A program made the position numbers and the translations under genes. From NCBI GenBank assembly GCA_035304105.1, contig DATGQR010000391.1, positions 1 to 30,186 of the forward strand: 30,186 nt of DNA, in the 5' to 3' direction. Within the stretch, counting starts at the first letter, position 1. Every line of letters starts with the position of its first letter. Shown here piece by piece: positions 15,219-22,633 of this stretch. Source of the DNA: Thermomicrobiales bacterium. GTDB lineage: Bacteria > Chloroflexota > Chloroflexia > Thermomicrobiales > CFX8. The notes beneath the pieces were generated by a model, which saw only the letters and a list, made by a program, of their open reading frames with translations, ran no database searches and was not told where the DNA came from.

Positions 15219-16601
15219 CTAGCTGGTGTCGCGCTCCAGCGCCGCGAGCAGGATATCGGCCTCGTCGGTGGTCAGCTTGCCCTGAGCCAGCGCTTCCAGG
15301 ATCGCTCGCCGCTTGCGCTCGCGCTCGCCGGGGCGCGCCTGACGGACGGGTTCGCGCGGCGCGTCGTGGGTTCGGACGCGGATGTCACCGCGGTTTGTGC
15401 GCGCGCGGATCAGGATGCGCTCGGTCTCCGAGCTGTCGCTCACGCCGACGTAGCGGCGCGTGGTACTGCGCGGCCCGGGCCGGCCCACTTCGACCAGGGG
15501 GATGTCGCTCTGGACCGTGCCGCGGTTGACGATCAACTCGACGCGCGCTGGCTGGTCCTCGCTGATGTCGAGCATGATGTTGCCGCGCGTCGTGGCGAAG
15601 CGGAACTGCTCGTCGCGTCGGCGGCGGGTTGCCGAGCCGGTGATGATGCCCTGCTCGCTGGCCATGAAGATCGGCTTGCCGTCGCGGCCGCGGATGACCA
15701 GCCCCTGCGGGCCGGCGTGGAAGCGCTCGGTGCCGCCGGTGCTGACGCGCACGCCCGCCTCGCCGGCGATGAACTCCAGGCTGCCGAGATTGAAGCGGAC
15801 CTCCTCGGCCGCGGTCGCGACATCCTCGAGAGCGGCTTCCAGATCGTCGAGCTCGTCGATGCCGACATCGTCGAACTCTTCGACCGCTTCAGCCGGAGCC
15901 GTGAACAACAGGCGGGCCGACGAGTGGATGTCGCCCCGCACGATCTCGACGTCCGCCGATTTCAGGCTGCCGCCCTGGATCGTCACATTGCCGCGCGTGT
16001 TGCGCGCGCGCAGGTGCTGCTCAACCGGGCGCGCGATGATCATCTCGCCTTTCTCGATGTTGACCGCCATGTTGCCGGCGCAGCCGCGCGTCGTGACGTT
16101 GCCTTTGGCCACGCTCAGCGCAATGTCGCCGTTGCACTGCTGCAGGTCGATGTTGCCGCTCTCGACGCGGCAGGCGAGATCGCCTTCCCGGGCGCGAACG
16201 GCGACGTTGCCGTTCGCGATATTGATGGCCGCGTCGCCATCACCCCCCGAGAGGCTCAGATTTCCGCTGCCGATGTTGATCCCCAGCTTCGTCGCCAGGT
16301 TCTCCACCGACAGATTGCCGCGTTCGAGATTGATGCCGAGGGTCGGCAGATCGACGGGCGGCAGCTTGAGCACGAGCGGGCTGGCGCCCCGGTAGCGGCC
16401 GTCCTGGCTGATGCGCAGACGGTCACCGCGGCGCGTGAATTCCGGCGCGTCGGCGCTCGCCTCGGCCAGCAGCCGGGCCACGCCTTCGACCTCCGGGTCG
16501 GCCTCGATCACCAGATCGAGGCGTTCGGACTGAATCTCGATGGCGTTGATGCCGTCGAGCGAAAGTTCCTGGATGTGAGCCGGGTTGGAATACGGGGACA
16601 C
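15219..16601 (-). CDS. DUF4097 (Toastrack) beta-strand repeat protein with C-terminal SHOCT-like domain
   Basis: Repeated xSGN/xNGN/xRGD-type beta repeats; C-terminal RRAILEALAQGKLTTDEADILLAAL; no signal peptide; GTG start with AGGAG SD. Confidence 0.8.
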   Translation of the reverse strand: MSPYSNPAHIQELSLDGINAIEIQSERLDLVIEADPEVEGVARLLAEASADAPEFTRRGDRLRISQDGRYRGASPLVLKLPPVDLPTLGINLERGNLSVENLATKLGINIGSGNLSLSGGDGDAAINIANGNVAVRAREGDLACRVESGNIDLQQCNGDIALSVAKGNVTTRGCAGNMAVNIEKGEMIIARPVEQHLRARNTRGNVTIQGGSLKSADVEIVRGDIHSSARLLFTAPAEAVEEFDDVGIDELDDLEAALEDVATAAEEVRFNLGSLEFIAGEAGVRVSTGGTERFHAGPQGLVIRGRDGKPIFMASEQGIITGSATRRRRDEQFRFATTRGNIMLDISEDQPARVELIVNRGTVQSDIPLVEVGRPGPRSTTRRYVGVSDSSETERILIRARTNRGDIRVRTHDAPREPVRQARPGERERKRRAILEALAQGKLTTDEADILLAALERDTS

Positions 16602-16614
16602 CTGAGGCTCCTAC

Positions 16615-17016
16615 CTAATCGCTATCCGCGGGCAGCGCTTCGAGCATTGCCATCGCTTCGTCAACGCTCAACTCGCCGCGCTGGACGCGGTCCATGATCT
16701 CGGCGCGGCTCAAATCGGAGCCGGCCGGCTGCTCGACCACCTCGCTGGCGGGCTCCAGCGCGGCGATCAGGTCATCCAGCTTGGCGCGCACCGTCGGGTA
16801 GCTCACCCCCAGGCTGCGCTCGATGTCGGACATGTTGCCGCGGCTGGTGACGAACAGGTGCAGAAACGCCAGCTGGTCGTCGCTGAGTCGCGCGAATGGG
16901 CCTCGCCCTTCCAGCGGGAAGCGCCCGCGGATCGTGATGTCACAGTTCTCACAGTACAGCTCGCGGATCTCGAGCCGCCCGCCACAGGATATGCATTGTT
17001 CGATTGGCATCGTCAT
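16615..17016 (-). CDS. DUF2089 family protein (Zn ribbon + HTH + SHOCT-like)
   Basis: CISC..CENC, FLHLFVTSRGNMSDIERSLGVSYPTVRAKLD, EIMDRVQRGELSVDEAMAML; ATG 17016 with AAGGAGG SD. Confidence 0.9.
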   Translation of the reverse strand: MTMPIEQCISCGGRLEIRELYCENCDITIRGRFPLEGRGPFARLSDDQLAFLHLFVTSRGNMSDIERSLGVSYPTVRAKLDDLIAALEPASEVVEQPAGSDLSRAEIMDRVQRGELSVDEAMAMLEALPADSD

Positions 17017-17038
17017 AGCGGCCTCCTTATTTGTGGCA

Positions 17039-17093
17039 ATGCTACAGAGGATAGTGAGAAATGTCAAGAGATCGTATCAATTTCTAACACTAT
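17039..17093 (-). promoter_or_regulatory. Sigma70 promoter of the DUF2089 operon with an overlapping imperfect inverted repeat
   Basis: TTGACA (17067-17062)-N17-TAGCAT (17044-17039); arms ATAGTG-AGAAAT (17051-17062) and ATTTCT-AA-CACTAT (17080-17093). Confidence 0.7.
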
Positions 17094-17219
17094 GCTTCGA
17101 AATTGAGGGCGTCGAACCTGAATTTTTGATCTCCATAGGCCCAAGAATACTCAAATTGCTCGTAAATTTCACCGTTCGGCGCCGGCTCGGCTGCCCACGT
17201 GGCGAACAGCACCTCGGGA

Positions 17220-17960
17220 CTAGCCGCGCCGCCACATCCCGGCCAACCACTCGGCGTGCGGCATCCCGCTCGTCCGCACGGCGTCGAGGAACTCCTCGAC
17301 GTCGAAGGGAACCCGGTGGAAGTGCCAGCTGAAGCGGTCGCCATCTCGCTCCAGGATGCCGAACTCGGCGTATGGCACGAAGCGAATATCGTCAGCCGGC
17401 GGGGCGGGGTCATAAGCCCGCCCGACTGAGCCGGGATTGACGATCAGCAGTCCCCGGTGACGCCGCATGAACGGGAAGTGGGTATGAGCGACGACCACCA
17501 ACGGGGCGTCGACCCCCGCCATCGCCGCGTCCAGCTCTTCGGCACTGCTGGCGGCGTGGACGATCTCGTCGAACGAGCGCGGCGAGCCGTGGGCGCAGAG
17601 CGCCAGCACCTCGCCGCCCTCCTCCAACGTCAGCGTCGGCGCGAACCCGGCCATGTACGCCAGGTCGTCCTCGCCGAGCTGGGTGGCGTTCCAACTGCAG
17701 ATCTCCAGGATCTTGACCAGATCGCCCTCCACCTGGCTCGGGTCGGTCGGGTTGAGGATCTCGTCGTCGGCGTTGCCCATGACCGAGGCGATCTCCCGCG
17801 CGCGCAGCTCCTGAACCACCCCGCGCGCCTGTGGCCCGCCGGCGGCCACATCGCCCAGGCAGACGATGCGTTCCGCGCCCAGGCGGCCGATCTCCTCCAG
17901 GGCGCGCCGCAGCGCGACGGCGTTGCCGTGAATGTCTGCGATCAGGGCGATGCGCGTCAT
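17220..17960 (-). CDS. Calcineurin-like metallophosphoesterase (YfcE/MJ0936-like)
   Basis: ADIHGN, LGDV, MGNAD, AHGSP, AHTH, NPGSVG motifs. Confidence 0.92.
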   Translation of the reverse strand: MTRIALIADIHGNAVALRRALEEIGRLGAERIVCLGDVAAGGPQARGVVQELRAREIASVMGNADDEILNPTDPSQVEGDLVKILEICSWNATQLGEDDLAYMAGFAPTLTLEEGGEVLALCAHGSPRSFDEIVHAASSAEELDAAMAGVDAPLVVVAHTHFPFMRRHRGLLIVNPGSVGRAYDPAPPADDIRFVPYAEFGILERDGDRFSWHFHRVPFDVEEFLDAVRTSGMPHAEWLAGMWRRG

Positions 17961-18005
17961 CGGGCGCCCTTCCTCTCGTGTTGCGAGTCGGTTCCCGCGA
18001 CGCCG

Positions 18006-18449
18006 TCAGCCGTCGCCATCCTCGATGGCGACGACTGGCAGCGCCAGCTGCTGGCCGGCCGGGCGCCGCGCCTCCTGCTCGTCGGCGTGGCGCTCGAACA
18101 GGAAGCGCAGCAGCGCCCGCAGCACCTCCCGGTCGCGGGCGTCCAGCTCCGGCAGGCGGCGCAAATAGAGCATCAGCTCCGGGTCGTTGATGCCCTCGGC
18201 GATATCAGCCAGCGTCACGTCACCGGGCAGGCTGAGCCCGGCATCGCGATACAGCTCCGCCCAGCTATGCCCCATCGTGCCGCAGACGCGGCTCAACACC
18301 GCCAGCCCCGGCTGCTCGGGGATGTCGCGCTCCAGCCGCGAGAGGTAGCCGCGGCTGATCCCGGCGCGCTGCGCCAGCTCCTCCTGTGTCCAGCCCAGCT
18401 CCTCGCGCCAGCGCGCCAGCACCGGGCCGATCCGGCCGCCGAACGCCAT
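18006..18449 (-). CDS. XRE-family helix-turn-helix transcriptional regulator
   Basis: LARWREELGWTQEELAQRAGISRGYLSRLERD; starts 4 nt after the LLM gene stop. Confidence 0.88.
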   Translation of the reverse strand: MAFGGRIGPVLARWREELGWTQEELAQRAGISRGYLSRLERDIPEQPGLAVLSRVCGTMGHSWAELYRDAGLSLPGDVTLADIAEGINDPELMLYLRRLPELDARDREVLRALLRFLFERHADEQEARRPAGQQLALPVVAIEDGDG

Positions 18450-18453
18450 CGCT

Positions 18454-19311
18454 CTATGCCAGCTCCTCGCGCAGCGCCGGCAGCGTCCGCTCCGCGAAGT
18501 CACGTAACACCTTCATGTCCTTCGGGACGTGGAAGAGGAAGTCGGTCATGCCCAGCGCGCGCAGCTCCTTGAGGTCGGCGAGGATCTGGTCCTCGTCGTT
18601 GTCGACCAGGTAGGTATCGCTCTTGGTCGTCGAGCGGCGAATCTCAGCCGGGTCACGCCCGATCTCGGCGCAGACCGCCTCGACGCGTGCCAGCCGCGCC
18701 TTGTACTCCTCGATGTCGCTGAAGTTGTTGTCCCACCAGTCGGCGTAGCGGGCGACCAGCCCCAGCATGCGCGGCATCGAGCCGCCGATGACGGTCGGCA
18801 TCGGATTGCGCACCGGCTTCGGCTCGAAGATGGCGTCCTTGAGCTGGTAGTACTTGCCGTCGAAGGTGCTGCGGTCTTGCGACTGGAGCATTTTGAACAT
18901 CTGCAGCGCCTCTTCGAGCATCGAGACGCGCTGGCCAGGGCCGGGGAAGTCAAAGCCGAACATCTCATGCTCGCCTTCGAACCAGGCCGCGCCGACGCCC
19001 AGCAACGCCCGGCCGTTCGAGATGTGGTCGACGGTCGTGGCCACTTTCAGGAGCATCGCCGGGTTGCGGTAGGTGATCCCGGTGACCATCGGCCCGATCT
19101 CGACGTTCCTGGTCGCCTCAGCCAACCCGGCCAGCAGCGTCCAGCCCTCCAGATTCGGGTTGTCGCGCGGGTCGCTGAGCGGGATCATATGGTCGAAGAC
19201 CCAGGCCGACTCGAAGCCCAGCTCATCCGCTGCCTGGAACCACTCCTTGATCTCCGCCCACTCCCGGTGGTGCTGGCTGCAGCGGATGCCGAATCGAACG
19301 TTATGCGCCAT
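18454..19311 (-). CDS. LLM-class (luciferase-like) flavin/F420-dependent oxidoreductase
   Basis: ADELGFESAWVFDH, LEGWTLLAGLA, YRNPAMLLK..TVDHISNGR..LGVGAAWFEGEH, PKP..IGG. Confidence 0.92.
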   Translation of the reverse strand: MAHNVRFGIRCSQHHREWAEIKEWFQAADELGFESAWVFDHMIPLSDPRDNPNLEGWTLLAGLAEATRNVEIGPMVTGITYRNPAMLLKVATTVDHISNGRALLGVGAAWFEGEHEMFGFDFPGPGQRVSMLEEALQMFKMLQSQDRSTFDGKYYQLKDAIFEPKPVRNPMPTVIGGSMPRMLGLVARYADWWDNNFSDIEEYKARLARVEAVCAEIGRDPAEIRRSTTKSDTYLVDNDEDQILADLKELRALGMTDFLFHVPKDMKVLRDFAERTLPALREELA

Positions 19312-19376
19312 AAGGGTTGCGTTCCTCTCTCGCCGGGGCATGAGATGTTTTCATTGAGATGCTAGCAGGGGGAGGA

Positions 19377-19465
19377 AAGAGGGAACAGGGAGAAGCAGTT
19401 TGTAGGTTGTAGGAAGGGCGACGCACTCCGGTTTTTCCTACAAACTACAGCCTACAATCTACAAA
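19377..19465. repeat. Heptamer tandem repeats (GGGAACA type and CTACAA(A/T) type)
   Basis: CTACAAA CTACAGC CTACAAT CTACAAA at 19438-19465; inverted TTTGTAG GTTGTAG at 19399-19412. Confidence 0.7.
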
Positions 19466-19489
19466 CTCTGTCTTAAGGAGTGAGAGACC

Positions 19490-20302
19490 GTGGAGCGCCT
19501 GAAGCTCGACAACGTGAAGCGGGTGATCGCCGTCGCCAGCGGTAAGGGCGGCGTCGGGAAGTCGACCGTGGCCGTGAACCTGGCGGTCGGGCTGGCGCGG
19601 CGCGGGCTGCGCGTCGGGCTGCTGGATGCCGATGTCCACGGGCCGAACGTGCCGCTGATGCTCGGCGTGCGGCGCAGGGAAGCCGCGAAGGGCTGGCAGG
19701 CCTTCGTGCCGCTCGCCAGCGGCGAGGGCATCGAGAACCCCCAGAAGATGCCGCCGCTGGAACGTCACGGTGTGAAGATTATGTCCATTGGCCTGCTCGT
19801 CGGCGAGGATCAGACCGCCATGCTCGACAACGTCGAGACGGTCGGCTGGCTGGTCCGCAACTTGCTGACACTGGTCGACTGGGGCGAGCTCGATGTGCTG
19901 CTGATCGACTTCCCGCCGGGCACCAGTGAGCCGCAGGCCACCCTGCTTAAGACGGTCGTTCTCGACGGCGTGGTGCTGGTCGTCACGCCGCAGGACCTCG
20001 CCCGGCTCGATACCACCCGCGCCCTGCGAGCCTTCCAGCGTGCCGGCGTGCCGGTGCTCGGCGTCGTCGAGAACATGAGCTACCTGCGCTGCCCGCACTG
20101 CGGCGAGCGCATCGAGATCTTCCACCGCACCACCGTCGAGCGCCCGATCAGCTCTGAAATCCCGCTCCTCGTCGAGATCCCCCTCGACCCCGCCCTCTCC
20201 GTCGCCGGCGACACTGGCCGCCCCATCCTCATCACCGACCCCGACGCCGAGCAATCCCGCGCCCTCTGGACGATGGTCGACGCTGTGAGGCAGAGGTTGT
20301 AG
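19490..20302 (+). CDS. mrp: Mrp/NBP35 (ApbC-like) P-loop ATPase, Fe-S cluster carrier
   Basis: VASGKGGVGKSTVAVNLA, LLDADVHGP, DFPPGT, VVTPQ, GVVENMSYLRCPHC; AAGGAG SD and GTG start. Confidence 0.92.
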   Translation: MERLKLDNVKRVIAVASGKGGVGKSTVAVNLAVGLARRGLRVGLLDADVHGPNVPLMLGVRRREAAKGWQAFVPLASGEGIENPQKMPPLERHGVKIMSIGLLVGEDQTAMLDNVETVGWLVRNLLTLVDWGELDVLLIDFPPGTSEPQATLLKTVVLDGVVLVVTPQDLARLDTTRALRAFQRAGVPVLGVVENMSYLRCPHCGERIEIFHRTTVERPISSEIPLLVEIPLDPALSVAGDTGRPILITDPDAEQSRALWTMVDAVRQRL

Positions 20303-20647
20303 CGGGTAGGCTGTAGTTCGTAGGGGGCCCTCCTTCAGCACCTCTCTCACGCCCACAATCGGGTACTCAGAGGGGCCCTGACGTACGGGTTGGGCCAGCG
20401 ATGAGAATTTCGTTATCGAGGGAGGCGCTCACCCGCGACCCGCTGTGCGGGTACCCCGCCCCTCTCCCAATCACCCAGAGGGTACCCGGGAGAGGGATAC
20501 CCTGTTGTGTTACTAGCGCTAGCGATCAAGCGCACGCTGTCTCCCCCTCACCCTCCGCGCAGCGAGAGGGCGGGGTGCCCTCTGGGCCGCGGGCTGGGAG
20601 TGAGGGTCTTCTGTCTTTCCCTCTTCCCTGTTCCCTCTTCCCTACTA
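20296..20647. repeat. Mosaic of heptamer repeats and REP-like palindromes between convergent genes
   Basis: NNNGTAG x4 at 20296-20323; CTCACCCGCGACCCGCTGTGC (about 20428-20448) is shared in reverse complement with about 26476-26496; CCCTCTCCC..GGGAGAGGG; 33-nt copy of 9879-9911. Confidence 0.7.
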
Positions 20648-21571
20648 CTACTCCACTCCCCGCGCATCGCGCATGTAGGGGTCGAGGATGTCGCGGAGGC
20701 CGTCGCCGAGGAGGTTGAGGGAGAGGACGACGATCATGATCGCCACGCCGGGGAGGATGGCCAGCATCGGCTCGGAGCGCAGGTACTGGCGCGCTTCGGA
20801 GAGCATGTTGCCCCAGCTCGGCACCTCCGGTGAGGCGCCCACGCCCAGGAAGCTCAGCGAGGCTTCGGAGATCACGGCGTAGGCGAAGATGAAGGTGCCC
20901 TGCACCACGATCGGCGCCACACAGTTCGGCAGGATGTGGCGGAAGATCAGCCGCGCGTCGCCCCCGCCCAGCGCGCGGGCAGCCTCGACGTAGTCCATCT
21001 CCCGGATCGAGAGCACGCTGCTGCGCACCACGCGCGCGACGCGCGGGGTGTAGACGATCGAGAGCGCGATGACGATGTTGATGATCGACGGCCCCAGCAC
21101 CGCCATGATGCCCAGCGCCAACAGGATGCCCGGGAAGGCCATGAAGGCGTCCATGACGCGCATCAGGGCGTTGTCCAGTCCCCGGTAGTAGCCCGAGAGC
21201 ATGCCGATCGTGATCCCCAGCAGGTTCGAGAGAATCACCGTCGCCAGCCCCACGCCGAGCGAGATGCGCGAGCCGTAGACCAGTCGGCTGGCGACGTCGC
21301 GGCCCAGCCGGTCGGTGCCCAGCGGGTAGGTACTGTCGCCGATCGGCTTGAGCCGGTCGACCGCGTTGATCTCGATCGGGTCGTGCGGCGCGATCAGCGG
21401 CGCGGCCAACGCCACCAGCGCGGCCAGAGTCAGCGCGATCGCGCCCGCGAACGCGAACTGGTGGTTCTTGAGCGACCGGAACCAGGCGCGCGGCCCGGTC
21501 CGTTGCGCCTGGCGCGGACCCAGTTCGCGCTGGAGGCTCGCACTCGAGGCGGCCGCCGGTTGCGTGCTCAT
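20648..21571 (-). CDS. Peptide/nickel ABC transporter permease (DppC/OppC-like)
   Basis: LGTDRLGRDV, EAA motif DYVEAARALGG..IFRHILPN, SLSFLGVG..SWGNML. Confidence 0.95.
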   Translation of the reverse strand: MSTQPAAASSASLQRELGPRQAQRTGPRAWFRSLKNHQFAFAGAIALTLAALVALAAPLIAPHDPIEINAVDRLKPIGDSTYPLGTDRLGRDVASRLVYGSRISLGVGLATVILSNLLGITIGMLSGYYRGLDNALMRVMDAFMAFPGILLALGIMAVLGPSIINIVIALSIVYTPRVARVVRSSVLSIREMDYVEAARALGGGDARLIFRHILPNCVAPIVVQGTFIFAYAVISEASLSFLGVGASPEVPSWGNMLSEARQYLRSEPMLAILPGVAIMIVVLSLNLLGDGLRDILDPYMRDARGVE

Positions 21572-21588
21572 AGACGGTCTCCGCCTTC

Positions 21589-22533
21589 CTAGCTCAAGCG
21601 AATGCGCGGGTCGACGTAGACGTAGATCAGATCAATCACCAGATTGATCAGGACGTAGGCCGTGGCGACCATCATGATCGCGCCCTGGATGACCGGGTAG
21701 TCGCGCCGGATGACCGAGTTGACCACCAGCCGCCCGGCTCCCGGAATCGTGAAGACCGTCTCGGTGACGACCGTCCCGCCGATCAGCACGGTGAGCACCA
21801 GGCCGATGACCGTGATCGTCGGCAGCAGCGCATTCTTCAGCGCGTGGGTGATGTAGACCCGCGAGGCCGGCAGTCCTTTCGCCCTGGCCGTGCGCACGTA
21901 GTCGGTGCGGATGACGTCGAGCATGCTGGCGCGCGTCATGCGGGCCACCAACGCTGCCTGGCTGAAGCCCAGCGCGATCGCCGGCAGCATGACCGACTTG
22001 AACGCGCCGACGACGCTTTCGCCGAGCGGGGTGTAGCCACCGGTCGGGAACCAGCCGATATAGACCGAGAACAGCAGGATCAGATTCAGCCCCAGCCAGA
22101 AGTTGGGCATCGAGACGGCCAGCAACGCCAGCAGCATCAGCGATTGATCCAGGTAGGAGTTGTGCTTGATCGCCGCGATGACCCCCGACGGGATGCCGAT
22201 GATCAGCGTGAAGAAGAGCGCCACGATCGCCAGCATCAAAGTCGGCTCGGCGCGCTCGATGATCATGCTGGTGACCGGCTGGTTGACGTAGATGCTCTGG
22301 CCCAGGTCACCGCGCAGGGCGTCCCCAACCCAGATCAGGTACTGCTCGTAGACTGGCCGGTCGAGGCCCAGGTCATGGCGCACGCGCTCGATCTCGTCGA
22401 CCGTCGCGTCGTCGCCCAGGATTTGGGCCACCGGATCGCCCGGCGTCAGGTGCACCAGCGTGAAGCTGATCAAGCTGACGAGGATCAGTACCGGGATCAG
22501 CGCCAGCAAGCGTCGCAGGAGATATCTCAGCAT
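21589..22533 (-). CDS. Peptide/nickel ABC transporter permease (DppB/OppB-like)
   Basis: PGDPV, LGLDRP, GDLGQS, DYVRTARAKGL..HALKNA, RRDYPVIQG; start set at MLRYLLRR. Confidence 0.95.
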   Translation of the reverse strand: MLRYLLRRLLALIPVLILVSLISFTLVHLTPGDPVAQILGDDATVDEIERVRHDLGLDRPVYEQYLIWVGDALRGDLGQSIYVNQPVTSMIIERAEPTLMLAIVALFFTLIIGIPSGVIAAIKHNSYLDQSLMLLALLAVSMPNFWLGLNLILLFSVYIGWFPTGGYTPLGESVVGAFKSVMLPAIALGFSQAALVARMTRASMLDVIRTDYVRTARAKGLPASRVYITHALKNALLPTITVIGLVLTVLIGGTVVTETVFTIPGAGRLVVNSVIRRDYPVIQGAIMMVATAYVLINLVIDLIYVYVDPRIRLS

Positions 22534-22563
22534 TGTCCGCGTCCCGTGTCTCTTCACTGAGCA

Positions 22564-22599
22564 GCGTGCCCCGGGCGCTCACTTTCGCCTGGGGCACGC
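22564..22599 (-). other. Intercistronic hairpin after the substrate-binding protein gene (partial terminator or mRNA stabiliser)
   Basis: GCGTGCCCC/GGGGCACGC plus an inner GGCG/CGCC stem. Confidence 0.5.
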
Positions 22600-22633
22600 C
22601 GCAATTGGCAGGTCGCCCGCGCTGCAGCGGGGG

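Noticed and set aside
19399-19465. CRISPR-like array
   Set aside because: Units are 7 nt with no unique spacers, and no cas genes are present.
9874-20647. The 33-nt inverted repeat pair (9879-9911 and 20611-20643) as ends of a 10.7-kb transposon or invertible segment
   Set aside because: No transposase or recombinase inside, no target-site duplication, and partial copies elsewhere (19377-19395) indicate a dispersed repeat family.
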